This document shows, one piece after another, positions 18,941-28,345 of a stretch of DNA of 37,405 nt; position 1 is the stretch's first letter; every line of letters starts with the position of its first letter. Location of the stretch: the IMG/VR virus record IMGVR_UViG_3300043442_000666, positions 1 through 37,405 of that record; one strand, given 5' to 3'. The DNA is from a virus. Taxonomy: Duplodnaviria > Caudoviricetes. Below the pieces are notes generated by a model, which did no database searches, was not told where the DNA came from, and worked only from the letters and a program-made list of their open reading frames with translations. Made by a program: the position numbers and the translations under genes.

Positions 18941-19651
18941 TCACACCACCACCCCCGCCACTCTCCCCACCGAGGCGACAAACTCATCCCATGAATACCG
19001 CTCGATCCTGTTAGGGAACGGATTGTAGATGTCCACCGTCCCGCCGAAGCGTTCGCGGAAGATGTCCGTTACCACCACCCAATGACGGATGCCGGAGGCT
19101 TGCAGCTTGCCCGTGTACCTATTGATGCTCACTCCGATAATGACTTTGCCGGGTATCTGGTAGAGTTTCCCATTTGTCAGACGACTTAGACGTAGGGGAT
19201 GGGACACCACGTTATAGCCGTCCAGGATTGTTTTCAAATCGTCCGCGCTGGTGAGCCAGTTCCGCCCGTCAATGTAATCGTAGTGTTTGGGATTGGACCG
19301 CTCCCACGTCTGGAACACGTTCAAGGCGGGCTTATTCAACACAAAGGCGATACACAGCATCCCGCAGGCATTGACGATTTTCTCTCCGTTGACGATGATG
19401 TACTGCTCTGCGTCGTTAGGGTTGGGCGTTTGGATGCCGTCCAGATCAACACAGTCCTTTGGTAACATCTCGTGGTACTCGTCCAGATAGTCCGCGTCCA
19501 CCCAGCCGCTTACGCCGTTGTAGGTGACTTCCACCCTACTCCCAACGGCCACGCCAGTATCCACCACAGCGTGCAGAGGCAAGTCAAAATGCTTGACTGT
19601 GCCGTCTGCTGTTTTGTATAGGGGGCGTTGCCAGTTTAGGAAAGATTTCAT
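18941..19651 (-). CDS. probable endolysin: SH3b-like domain plus C39-like papain-fold peptidase
   Basis: VEVTYNGVSGWV (SH3b); catalytic-type NACG, HWVVV and IYNP motifs. Confidence 0.7.
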   Translation of the reverse strand: MKSFLNWQRPLYKTADGTVKHFDLPLHAVVDTGVAVGSRVEVTYNGVSGWVDADYLDEYHEMLPKDCVDLDGIQTPNPNDAEQYIIVNGEKIVNACGMLCIAFVLNKPALNVFQTWERSNPKHYDYIDGRNWLTSADDLKTILDGYNVVSHPLRLSRLTNGKLYQIPGKVIIGVSINRYTGKLQASGIRHWVVVTDIFRERFGGTVDIYNPFPNRIERYSWDEFVASVGRVAGVVV

Positions 19652-20592
19652 ATTAGTTCTAATCTAGTCCTTGTCAGTTCTAAATATTTTGGATTTATGT
19701 CAATTCCTACATACCGCCTTTCGTGCTTTAGGGCTACTTTACCTGTGGTGCCAGCACCATTAAACGGGTCAAGCACTACGTCACCCTCACGACTACCAGC
19801 CAAAATACAAGGCTCTATCAAATCGGGCGGGAATGTTGCGAAGTGTGCGCCTTTGTACGGCTTGGTGGTGACTGTCCAAACGTCACGGCGATTGCGCCCG
19901 TTTTTATTTGGTCGCATATCTCGCTCTCTGTTCAAAGATTTTGGATTTCCTTGCTGTTTGTCTTTCGGTGACTTTACGAGTCTCGTAAAGTCACCACCCC
20001 ATCTATCTATGGGAGATGTGTATGGTTCTAAAACTGCCTCAGCGTCATAAAAATACTTAGGCGACTTAGCCAGCAGGTAAATCATTTCATGTGCTTTTGT
20101 TGGTCTATCCTTCACGCTTTCAGGCATGGGGTTTGGCTTGTGCCACACAATTTCACTTCTGAGATACCAGCCGTCTGCCTGCAAAGCAATGGCGACGCGG
20201 GCGGGAATCATGAGTAAGTCTTTTGGCTTGTATCCGTCTATTCGGGAAAGTTTGCTTTTATGCTCTTCAGTTGTTTGGTAATTTGTTCCCCTATTACTAA
20301 GTTGCTTTTCAGACGGTAATTTAGTTCCAGCTCCTTGATTGCTTCCCGCGTAACTATCACCTAAATTTAGCCATAACGTACCATCGGGCTTTAGAACGCG
20401 CCGAACTTCCCTAAAAACTTCGACAAGGCGGGCAATGTAAGCGTCAGGAGTTTCTTCTTGCCCAATTTGCCCTTTGTGTCCATAATCGCGCAATCCGTAG
20501 TAAGGCGGTGACGTGACGCAAGTTTGAACGGTATCAGCATCCATATCACGTAAAACTTCCAAGCAATCGCCTAAATGCAATGTCACTGTCAT
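19648..20592 (-). CDS. DNA N4-cytosine/N6-adenine methyltransferase (beta class)
   Basis: GDC, TSPPY, HFATFP, VLDPFNGAGTT; start at ATG 20592, coupled to the upstream stop. Confidence 0.93.
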   Translation of the reverse strand: MTVTLHLGDCLEVLRDMDADTVQTCVTSPPYYGLRDYGHKGQIGQEETPDAYIARLVEVFREVRRVLKPDGTLWLNLGDSYAGSNQGAGTKLPSEKQLSNRGTNYQTTEEHKSKLSRIDGYKPKDLLMIPARVAIALQADGWYLRSEIVWHKPNPMPESVKDRPTKAHEMIYLLAKSPKYFYDAEAVLEPYTSPIDRWGGDFTRLVKSPKDKQQGNPKSLNRERDMRPNKNGRNRRDVWTVTTKPYKGAHFATFPPDLIEPCILAGSREGDVVLDPFNGAGTTGKVALKHERRYVGIDINPKYLELTRTRLELI

Positions 20593-20723
20593 CGGGTGTA
20601 GCACCTTCCGCCTTTCATAAATCGCCCGTCGCTTCTACCCATCTCATAGCGTTTCCCCTCCCAGAACAGCAGGAGGGCAATGGGTAACAGGGCGAGGAAC
20701 ACAACAAAGCGTAAGCGTTTCAT
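20589..20723 (-). CDS. small single-pass membrane protein (44 aa)
   Basis: Manual translation MKRLRFVVFLALLPIALLLFWEGKRY...; AAAGGA RBS; ATGA overlap with the methylase gene. Confidence 0.6.
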   Translation of the reverse strand: MKRLRFVVFLALLPIALLLFWEGKRYEMGRSDGRFMKGGRCYTR

Positions 20724-20760
20724 AAGGTATCCTTTACCATTGGGGGAGTCCCCCACTTAT

Positions 20761-21594
20761 TCACTGTGCGCCTTCCCACAAATACGGCTCAAAGCGCAAG
20801 TCCCCGCCTGTTGTCACGGTATTGAATACCATGCCAATGTCATTCCTTTGGAACGGGGACACCTTCTGGGCGTAGCGCGTTTTCATCTGATAGGACGGTA
20901 GTACTTGTATGTGGATGCTGTGACGATAAGAGTCCGCGAATATGTCGTAGGTGCTTTTGTGATAATGGCTCGCGGTGATGAGATGCGGCGGCGCGATTTG
21001 CGGGGTGCTTTTCAGGCAGTCCCAATAAATGTCTCTTGCAAAGTTTCGGACCGCGTTTCCTTCATTTGCACCCTTGCCCGGCTTCGGTCCTTCATGCACC
21101 CACCACAAACGCAAACCATTCACATCTAATTTCAACTCATCGTGGTACTGCGCCCCTATCGCGTCAAAGTGGTCGCGGATGCCGTACTCATCCCATCGGG
21201 TGTGTGATTCCGTGCCTGAGACGTAGTGCAGTTCATCGCCATTCTTTACAGAGAATCCACAGGCATCCAAAAAACTCTCCATGACTTCGATATGAATTTG
21301 TGATTGGTGTTTTTGGTTGGGTGTGATGATCTGGATTGTGCCGTGATGGTTTCCGTCGATTGCATCCCCATTCATTATGACTTTTAGCTTCTTGCCTTTT
21401 GCCTTTTCCTTCGCCAGTTTTGCGCCTTCAATAAAGTGGTTGTACATGGCGACTTGTTGCGGGGTTGGGGCGTAGGATAAGACGTTCTTATCGTCATACT
21501 TGAATTGCATGGAGTAATTCGGGAAAAGGGCGGTCAATCCACCGTTATGAAAATCACCGAAATTAACTATTAGTTCGTCGCGTGGTTTCGTCAT
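20761..21594 (-). CDS. calcineurin-like metallophosphoesterase
   Basis: GDFH, GDAIDG, GTESH, WVH and SHYH metal-binding motifs. Confidence 0.8.
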   Translation of the reverse strand: MTKPRDELIVNFGDFHNGGLTALFPNYSMQFKYDDKNVLSYAPTPQQVAMYNHFIEGAKLAKEKAKGKKLKVIMNGDAIDGNHHGTIQIITPNQKHQSQIHIEVMESFLDACGFSVKNGDELHYVSGTESHTRWDEYGIRDHFDAIGAQYHDELKLDVNGLRLWWVHEGPKPGKGANEGNAVRNFARDIYWDCLKSTPQIAPPHLITASHYHKSTYDIFADSYRHSIHIQVLPSYQMKTRYAQKVSPFQRNDIGMVFNTVTTGGDLRFEPYLWEGAQ

Positions 21595-21893
21595 TTCGCC
21601 GCTTTTCTAGTGCGCTTTGACGGCTGCGTGTTTACCTTTTCTTCGATGTCGTCCAAGCGTCCAGTTATTTCACTCGACATGGCTTTGATTTCAGATGTTA
21701 TCTTTTCGATTGTCCCTGATAGTTCTGATAATTTCACTTGTTGGTTCTCTATCAGACTTAATAGCAACGCCTCCCGACTTGCAGAGGTTTTCATCGTGTA
21801 CAGTACCAGCCAAGCACAAAGAATAATTACAACAAAAGCAAGTCCTAATTCGCCAGCCTGTATCCAATTCGGGTTAATAACTTCTGTTGGCAT
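21591..21893 (-). CDS. single-TM coiled-coil protein, BhlA/UviB-like holin candidate
   Basis: N-terminal TM (LGLAFVVIILCAWLVLY), then RE..L, coiled coil and basic tail. Confidence 0.55.
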   Translation of the reverse strand: MPTEVINPNWIQAGELGLAFVVIILCAWLVLYTMKTSASREALLLSLIENQQVKLSELSGTIEKITSEIKAMSSEITGRLDDIEEKVNTQPSKRTRKAAK

Positions 21894-21907
21894 GTGTCAC
21901 CTTTTAC

Positions 21908-22003
21908 GCCCTCCCGCCTCACGGCTGGGTTCGGCTCTCGCGTCGTTACGCTCTGACCAGTTGGGTGGCTCTGCGCCAGCACGACTTCAGAGAGCGGGAG
22001 GGC
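21908..22003 (-). ncRNA. candidate structured RNA element
   Basis: Perfect 10-bp closing stem GCCCTCCCGC/GCGGGAGGGC with nested internal stems. Confidence 0.4.
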
Positions 22004-22027
22004 TAGGGTATCAAGCGAAATCGCTTG

Positions 22028-22309
22028 TTATCCACCACTCGGCTTGAAACTAAGCACCCAGCGGATCAACTCGTAGGCAACAGCCGAGCCGAGGGACGCA
22101 ATCGCCGCCTGCACAACATCACCCTGAGAGGGATCGAGCAGGGACACGCCAGCCAACAAAAGGGACAGGACAATATTGGCAAATCGCTTATGTTCGCCGC
22201 TGATAACAACGCCGGACTTATTCAGCCCGAACACGATCAACAACACAGCAAAACCCAAGAACAGCCCTTCAACACCGTTAGCCTTTACCAGTTCGAGAAA
22301 TGCTTCCAT
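22028..22309 (-). CDS. holin-like three-TM membrane protein
   Basis: AAGGAG RBS before ATG 22309; three hydrophobic segments; heads the lysis cluster. Confidence 0.65.
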   Translation of the reverse strand: MEAFLELVKANGVEGLFLGFAVLLIVFGLNKSGVVISGEHKRFANIVLSLLLAGVSLLDPSQGDVVQAAIASLGSAVAYELIRWVLSFKPSGG

Positions 22310-22479
22310 TTTTAGTACTCCTTTGCAAAATAGGTTAAACAAAATCCGCCCGCGAAACATCCTTTCGGACATTCCACGGGCGGGGCATTACACGCGGCTC
22401 GTGTCGTACTACCAGATATAGCGGGCGAATCAATTCGGCGGCTGTATTTGGCTTTGTTTTTACTAGTTTACCACAAAAA

Positions 22480-22653
22480 TTACTTGTATAACTCCGATTG
22501 TATCTTACGCAATGCCGCAATTTGTTCTTTGGTAATTCGTTCTAGTTGCGCCCTCAGTTGGGCGACTTCGTTCTCCGCTTTCAGTCGGCGGGCAATCTCG
22601 CGTCGCACTACACGGCGCGAGTAATACGGGTGTGGCTTCTTATTCCCCTTCAT
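22480..22653 (-). CDS. small basic coiled-coil protein
   Basis: ORF within the minus-strand operon. Confidence 0.45.
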   Translation of the reverse strand: MKGNKKPHPYYSRRVVRREIARRLKAENEVAQLRAQLERITKEQIAALRKIQSELYK

Positions 22654-22755
22654 CGTTGCCACCCTTTCGGAAGCGCATCAGCACAGGTAAAAGGATAAGT
22701 CCTGCCAATAATGCCGAGATGCACACGAAGCCGCCTGTTTGTTGGATGATCTGTA

Positions 22756-23013
22756 TCATTGCGCCTCCACATACTCTTTGACGAGTTTTGCTATTTCTTC
22801 TTCCTTCCAGTTATAGGAAATAGCGTGAGATGATTCGGTGTATTTGAGGAAAGATAGCAAATCTGCGGTTTTTGTCTGCTTTATAAAGTTCTTTTCGCAA
22901 CTAAAATGTTTTGCGCAAAACTCACCAACGTTAGAGAAGGCTCCGCTAATCATTTTTTCTTGTGCATGACAATAATCACATTTCAAAAATCCATCTTGGT
23001 AAGATACTTTCAT
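22756..23013 (-). CDS. hypothetical Zn-binding protein
   Basis: CDYC and HxxC motifs; ATGA overlap with the upstream gene. Confidence 0.6.
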   Translation of the reverse strand: MKVSYQDGFLKCDYCHAQEKMISGAFSNVGEFCAKHFSCEKNFIKQTKTADLLSFLKYTESSHAISYNWKEEEIAKLVKEYVEAQ

Positions 23014-23315
23014 CGCGCCTCCAACCAGCGGGCATTGCTCCACCCGCGCTCATGGTGACACCAAATAGAGTCTCCAACTGTCACCAACTCGCGGCACGTC
23101 ACCACGTCGCCAGGGAATAGATCGCCAATGTCCGCGCTTTCCTCGCTGTGTTCGGCGCGGATGTTCAGCCCCTCGTCGGCAATGACCGTCATTACAACGG
23201 TACTGATTTCGTCCTCGATCTGAGTATCCGCGTAAACGGCTTTACTGGCGGAAGCCTGCGGGGTTGCCACGCACGCGAGGGAGGCAATGGCTAGGATTAC
23301 AAACAAATACTTCAT
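23010..23315 (-). CDS. lipoprotein/secreted protein with SH3b domain
   Basis: Signal peptide with ASLAC lipobox-like motif; GLNIR...GW SH3b motif. Confidence 0.75.
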   Translation of the reverse strand: MKYLFVILAIASLACVATPQASASKAVYADTQIEDEISTVVMTVIADEGLNIRAEHSEESADIGDLFPGDVVTCRELVTVGDSIWCHHERGWSNARWLEAR

Positions 23316-23317
23316 AA

Positions 23318-23512
23318 TTATCCTTTCTCTAATTCACAATCTGCACAACCTTTACCATCAACTATTACTCGCGCCCAACAAAAATATTCTGCTTCTTCCG
23401 GGGCGTGTTCTTTGCACCAGTATTTCACCAACATTCCACCGCTATCCAGCCACTTTGATGTGCAAGCACAACCAAGTTTTTCACATCCATCGTGTTCGCA
23501 GTTCATAATCAT
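23318..23512 (-). CDS. small Cys-rich protein
   Basis: Multiple Cys/His pairs; tightly packed. Confidence 0.55.
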   Translation of the reverse strand: MIMNCEHDGCEKLGCACTSKWLDSGGMLVKYWCKEHAPEEAEYFCWARVIVDGKGCADCELEKG

Positions 23513-23739
23513 CCTTTCTTATGTTCTGCCCTGTGATGCCTGTCGCACAGGGTTTCCATGTCGCTTATCAAGTCGGGGACTAACAACGACCACCAGCCGT
23601 ATCCATCGTAGTTCCTGTGATGCAGGTGCAGATTTCGACTAGACCCGCATCTGTTACAGTACTGTTTCTTGCGGAGTGCCTTCGTCCACGACCAGCCGAG
23701 GGACGGCATGTATAAGTATCGGTAAATCCAACGTCTCAT
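23509..23739 (-). CDS. small HNH endonuclease
   Basis: CNRCG...LHLHH...LCDRHH. Confidence 0.8.
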   Translation of the reverse strand: MRRWIYRYLYMPSLGWSWTKALRKKQYCNRCGSSRNLHLHHRNYDGYGWWSLLVPDLISDMETLCDRHHRAEHKKG

Positions 23740-24080
23740 AATTTGCCTGTTTTCAAATTCTTGTGGCTGACACGCCGCTTGTTAGTTCGCGCCCGTTCTG
23801 CCAACCACTCTGTTAGTACTGGTTTCCAACTCTCCCATGCGTCAGGATTGTTGTTAGCAGAGATTGTTTTCACCGTCCGGCTGTTTGCACCGCGTGTTTT
23901 CACCACGATTGAGCGGGGCTTATCGCCGCCGACTGCAAACCAGCGCAACTCTCCAAACTTCTCGACATGCGCCTCGTTTGCAATCTCCGCTAACAGTTTC
24001 CTTTCGATGGTTTTCGCCTTGCTAACCTCGGCAACGGGGGCGACTACGAACGCATATTCCCGTTGCCGCTCTGAGGGTTT
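23736..24080 (-). CDS. open frame without a good start; probable -1 frameshift extension of the 24044..24757 gene
   Basis: Frame is open from the slippery site at 24080 to the stop at 23736, which is coupled to the HNH ATG. Confidence 0.5.
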   Translation of the reverse strand, partial: KPSERQREYAFVVAPVAEVSKAKTIERKLLAEIANEAHVEKFGELRWFAVGGDKPRSIVVKTRGANSRTVKTISANNNPDAWESWKPVLTEWLAERARTNKRRVSHKNLKTGKL

Positions 24081-24757
24081 GTCTTTGGCTTGTTTGCAAT
24101 CGCCTCAAACTCCTCCGCAGCTTTTGATCGTCCCATGTTTGCGCCGTTAGCATCGTACAGGCGACGAAGTTCGTTATTTCGCCCTTCCATGACGATTTTT
24201 TGCCCTTCAATGTTGGCTTTTCGGCGGGCGCGTTCCAGTTCCCGCTCACTCTCGCGGAAGTTGCGCTCCATAACAGCGTCGGGGTCGTTGCGGCGGTACT
24301 GCCAGTCCGCGTACAGGTGTCCACCCGCTAACAGGAAGATGCAAACAACTGCAAACAAGCCTAAATATGTTTCCATGTCTGGGATTGTTTTCAGAATGTA
24401 AGCAAGTTCACTCTGGGAGATTTCCAACGCCGCGCCCGCTAACATTGTTAGCACCGATGCGCCGAGGGTGAGATACACCATCACGTTTGCAATGGATTCC
24501 TGTTTGTTAGTATTCTGTTTGCCGTCAATATCCAGCGGGTCGGCTTCGTACTCGCGCCAACGCCAGTACAAATATCCGCCTTCCATCAAGCAAACACCGA
24601 GCGCGGGAAGCCATAACGCCCATGCGGGTGCAAACGTGCTAACGAGGTAGTACGTTTGGGTCGCGCTAACACCTAAAATAACAACAGTCATCCAATGATC
24701 AAGTAAGTACTTTCCAAAATCGAACGCTTTCCCTTTTACTACTTCCAAAGTATCCAT
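24044..24757 (-). CDS. four-TM membrane protein with C-terminal coiled coil
   Basis: Four hydrophobic segments and a charged helical tail; AAAGGA RBS. Confidence 0.75.
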   Translation of the reverse strand: MDTLEVVKGKAFDFGKYLLDHWMTVVILGVSATQTYYLVSTFAPAWALWLPALGVCLMEGGYLYWRWREYEADPLDIDGKQNTNKQESIANVMVYLTLGASVLTMLAGAALEISQSELAYILKTIPDMETYLGLFAVVCIFLLAGGHLYADWQYRRNDPDAVMERNFRESERELERARRKANIEGQKIVMEGRNNELRRLYDANGANMGRSKAAEEFEAIANKPKTNPQSGNGNMRS

Positions 24758-24769
24758 GTCATTTCCTTT

Positions 24770-25039
24770 CTATCGTCTCAGTCGCCATTCGTATCTGTTG
24801 TGGTCGCCCAACATGGGATAGCCGTACACCACCCACCATCTTTCCAAGCCGGAGTAGTTAGCGGTCCATTCCTCCACCGCCTTGTCACTCAGCAGGTAGG
24901 GGCTGGACAGGTGCATCCAGTCTGTCCCCACCGTGCCGTCAAAACAGGACTCGATAATGACGATCTTGGGGTCGTCAATGGGGCGCACGATTTCGCCCAG
25001 ATAAGACTTGCCTTCCAATAAACTCAAAAATTTACTCAT
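24770..25039 (-). CDS. hypothetical protein
   Basis: AAAGGA RBS; operon context. Confidence 0.65.
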   Translation of the reverse strand: MSKFLSLLEGKSYLGEIVRPIDDPKIVIIESCFDGTVGTDWMHLSSPYLLSDKAVEEWTANYSGLERWWVVYGYPMLGDHNRYEWRLRR

Positions 25040-25052
25040 GTATTCCTTTCTG

Positions 25053-25676
25053 CTAAATGCGTCCGTCTTTACGCCATGCCTCGGCTATGATTTCGCCGTA
25101 ATAGCCAGCTTCTATCAACTGTTCAAGTGTTGCACCGTTCATTTCAAATCGTTTTTCGTACAAGTCTTTCAAGTTATCGCGCATCTCCCAAAGGTCGGGG
25201 ATGGTAAATCTGTGGTAAGTAATCATGCTTGCTTGCTCTAACATGTCAAAGGCACGATTTCCAAACTTTTTCCGATACCAGTTCAAATAAATAAGCGGAT
25301 TGATCTTGTCGTGTATTTTGTTGTGGCTTCCGCATTGCCTGAATGAGTTGGACAAACTATGGCGGAGGTATCCGCTGCCTCCCTGCGGGATGACATGCCC
25401 CCACTGTGAGACTTCGTTACATCGTCCGCCGTCCACGCTGGAAAGAACACAGGTGCAACCGTCGCGCCATGTGGTAATTTGTCGGCACAAGTCAGAGAGT
25501 TGATTGATAAGTTTCTGCCTGTTTGTTTTCTGCTTTCGCGGACGGGTAGCCTTTACCTTCGGCGCGGGCTTGGGCTTCGGGGTAACACGGGCGTAGGTGT
25601 TCATAACTTCGCTGTCTCCGTTTTCATTTCGTATCCTTTTCCAACCAGCCAAATCTTCGGCTTTATTAGTTTCCAC
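25053..25676 (-). CDS. NinG/Rap-like HNH endonuclease
   Basis: RDGCTC...QWGHVI...NSFRQCGSHN, followed by the Y..W...KFG helix seen in the NinG family. Confidence 0.7.
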   Translation of the reverse strand: METNKAEDLAGWKRIRNENGDSEVMNTYARVTPKPKPAPKVKATRPRKQKTNRQKLINQLSDLCRQITTWRDGCTCVLSSVDGGRCNEVSQWGHVIPQGGSGYLRHSLSNSFRQCGSHNKIHDKINPLIYLNWYRKKFGNRAFDMLEQASMITYHRFTIPDLWEMRDNLKDLYEKRFEMNGATLEQLIEAGYYGEIIAEAWRKDGRI

Positions 25677-25864
25677 GCTCTGTTAAATCTCATCGTCCCT
25701 AAACCAGACACGCCTTTCAGTTCTTCGCGGGTGATCGGCTCATGCTGTTTGATAAGGTGCGTCAGCAGCCATGCGTCTTTGTACGTCTGCTGTTCCATTT
25801 TCGCGGCGCGGGTGGCTGCAAGGAGTCGCATTTTGCGGTATATCGTTTCGCGGGAGAGCGTCAT
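25601..25864 (-). CDS. small winged-helix DNA-binding protein
   Basis: EPITREELKGVSGL...FNRAW...GKGY pattern. Confidence 0.55.
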   Translation of the reverse strand: MTLSRETIYRKMRLLAATRAAKMEQQTYKDAWLLTHLIKQHEPITREELKGVSGLGTMRFNRAWKLIKPKIWLVGKGYEMKTETAKL

Positions 25865-26514
25865 TTCAACAACTCCATAAGTTCTGTGATAAGTTCCTTC
25901 GCTCTTGCGCTGGATGGTTCGGGCAGTTTCAGCTTCGGTAGTTGCTTCTCCAAAAACTTACTCAGGAAGTTCACAAAGCTGCTCTTGGTCGAGTTGCGAT
26001 TGGTGTCGAAGTGTTCTTCCATTTCGTCCGCGCTTCTCATCTTCCCGTTGCCATCTACGCACCATTCGAGGGCTTCAAAGGGCGACTTTACCTTTGCGTT
26101 CATGTACAACGAACGGGCGATTCTCAAGTGTTCCATCGTAAACAGTTCGAGAAACTCACCACCACGTTTTGCGGTCTTTATCAAGGGGTCGTAGGTGGCG
26201 CGGAGTTCGCAATATCGGCGCAATGTCTCGCCACTATCAGAGAAATACTTGCGGGTACGATTGGTATTGAGGATGCGGGAACATTCCGCGTAATAGTGCA
26301 TCTTGGTAGGGAATATCTTTGAGTGTTCGTCCCATGCGTCGTTGACCTCTCCGGCAATGTTCCATTTGGTGTCGTCGGCTTCGTCCTGGGTGTTGGCATG
26401 GATTCGGGAAAGTCCCTGCAAGTCTGCAACGAGCAGCGGGTCAAGCGTCTCGGATGTGATCGGAGTCTCGTCCGGGCGTGTCATTGCAAATGCGTCGGTG
26501 TAAGTGAGTGTCAT
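25861..26514 (-). CDS. hypothetical protein
   Basis: 217 aa with AAAGGA RBS and ATGA overlaps. Confidence 0.7.
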   Translation of the reverse strand: MTLTYTDAFAMTRPDETPITSETLDPLLVADLQGLSRIHANTQDEADDTKWNIAGEVNDAWDEHSKIFPTKMHYYAECSRILNTNRTRKYFSDSGETLRRYCELRATYDPLIKTAKRGGEFLELFTMEHLRIARSLYMNAKVKSPFEALEWCVDGNGKMRSADEMEEHFDTNRNSTKSSFVNFLSKFLEKQLPKLKLPEPSSARAKELITELMELLK

Positions 26515-26669
26515 TTCTGTCCTTTTGTCTCTTGGTATTTTCCGAATAGTTTCTTTTCGTAGTGCGCCATCACCAGCATCAGTCGCACGTCGTTGTATTG
26601 GGCTTTGGTAATCTTGCCTGTTTTGAGTGCCTTCTTTGCGTTGCGGGCGATCTCTTGGGCTTCGGTCAT
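26511..26669 (-). CDS. small hypothetical protein (52 aa)
   Basis: Manual translation MTEAQEIARNAKKALK...; ATGA overlaps on both sides. Confidence 0.6.
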   Translation of the reverse strand: MTEAQEIARNAKKALKTGKITKAQYNDVRLMLVMAHYEKKLFGKYQETKGQK

Positions 26670-28345
26670 TTCATCCACTCCGGCTTTTTACTAGCGTCCC
26701 GCAACTCTCTGAACATTGGGTTGGGTGTCATACGCAGGTAGTTAATTGCGCCGTTAGGTAAGTTGTGGTCAAGTTCGCGTCCTTTCGCTACGTGGAGGGT
26801 AAGCACTTTCCAATAATCCTTTGGTTGCACAAATTCCATTTCAATGGGTGTGCGCTTCTCGTTGTATTTGGTAAGCATGTAAATCACGTCTGCGTCATGG
26901 ATTTTCTTTCCACTTCCAGAAAGTGCGGACTTTGTGACATTCTCGTTAGTGGTATCCATTCCGCCTTTGTTCACGCTGGAAATAAGGATTACTGATAAAT
27001 TCAACTCCTGTGTGATTTGCTTGAACTCGCGGCTGATATTCTGTGACTTTTCGATCTCATTCCCGCCGGGGGCATTGATAAGCCAGTCGTAGTCGAATAC
27101 AGCCTGCTTGATACCAAATGCGTCAATCTGTCTGCTCAAAAAGTTTCGTACATTCTTCAAGTCAAGTGGCTTGTCCTCAACGTAAATGGGGCTTGCCTGA
27201 ATAATTGCTTTGGCTTCGTTAAACGATTGCCAATCTTCATGTGTCATGCCTCCCGTCAACATCTTGCGCTTGTTTACTCCAAGCATCTCAAGAAAACGGC
27301 GATATACCTGCTTGCGCTTCATTTCGCCTGACCAGATCAATACTGGTGTTTCGGGAATTTTTTTTGATGGGTTTCCAATCGCTGTAAATAAAGCGTCCTG
27401 ATGCGCCCACCACGATTTACCAACGCCCGGCTCACCACCCACAATAATGAGTTCGCCAAGTTGCTTCCCGCCTGTGATAAGACTGATGTAATCCCATGCG
27501 TAATGGATACCCCAAACGTCACGGGGGTCTTTCTCTCGCGCCTTGATGTCGGCTTCCAGTTCGTCCATTACGTGCATGGATACTGGTACAAGCGTCTCTA
27601 CCTGTGGTTCGTCTTGTGGCTCGTAGCGGGATACAGAGCGAGAGATTTGCCACAACTCACCATCTGCAAGGGGAGGGGAACACTTCTGACGGTTCTGGAC
27701 CTGCAAGGCGGCAAAGATACCGTCCTCTGTAAATCCCTTGCGTCTCATGCTTCCTGCTAATTGTGTGAGGTAGTTATTACGCTCACCCATAATGACTTCT
27801 TCGCTTTCTGCTTTTGCCTGCGGTTGCGGGTTCTTCTCGCGCAACAATTCGATCATCCATTCGGGCATGTCCGCCAAAGGTGTTTCACTCGGTCTGACTT
27901 CCCACTCGTACACATTGCCATTCGGGTGTACAGACGGCGGCGCAACCACATACCCACCATCCCCACGAATGTCCAATCCCTTTCCAAGTTTTCCCGCGCT
28001 GTTGCGAATCTCAACGCCGGGGTGCTTGAAGAAAATGTGTTCTCCGCCTGAGCCTGTCTTACTTACCGGGGTTGTCGGCAGGGGACCGAACTTCTCAAAC
28101 AAAACGGTAAGACTTTCATAGCCACCATGTCCCGCATCCACATCAAGCACGATAATTCCAGAACGCTTGCCACAGGCAATGGCTATGTTGGCATCGGGCA
28201 TTGTGTCCCACCAGCCAACCAGCATGTTTTCTTCTGTGGTTGCAACGTCCGCCCATTTGACAATCGGGGTTTTATCGCGTTCTTTGATCGGGAAGGATTG
28301 CCAACCTTGTTCTGCGTACTTTTTTGCAAATGCGATTGTGTTCAT
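26666..28345 (-). CDS. Prim-Pol (AEP primase-polymerase) + PriCT + DnaB-like (SF4) helicase fusion
   Basis: NIAIACG, VLDVD, TGSGGEH, DIRGDGGYVVAPPS; GERNN (PriCT-1); Walker A GEPGVGKS, SGEM, Walker B VFDY, DAD. Confidence 0.9.
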   Translation of the reverse strand: MNTIAFAKKYAEQGWQSFPIKERDKTPIVKWADVATTEENMLVGWWDTMPDANIAIACGKRSGIIVLDVDAGHGGYESLTVLFEKFGPLPTTPVSKTGSGGEHIFFKHPGVEIRNSAGKLGKGLDIRGDGGYVVAPPSVHPNGNVYEWEVRPSETPLADMPEWMIELLREKNPQPQAKAESEEVIMGERNNYLTQLAGSMRRKGFTEDGIFAALQVQNRQKCSPPLADGELWQISRSVSRYEPQDEPQVETLVPVSMHVMDELEADIKAREKDPRDVWGIHYAWDYISLITGGKQLGELIIVGGEPGVGKSWWAHQDALFTAIGNPSKKIPETPVLIWSGEMKRKQVYRRFLEMLGVNKRKMLTGGMTHEDWQSFNEAKAIIQASPIYVEDKPLDLKNVRNFLSRQIDAFGIKQAVFDYDWLINAPGGNEIEKSQNISREFKQITQELNLSVILISSVNKGGMDTTNENVTKSALSGSGKKIHDADVIYMLTKYNEKRTPIEMEFVQPKDYWKVLTLHVAKGRELDHNLPNGAINYLRMTPNPMFRELRDASKKPEWMK

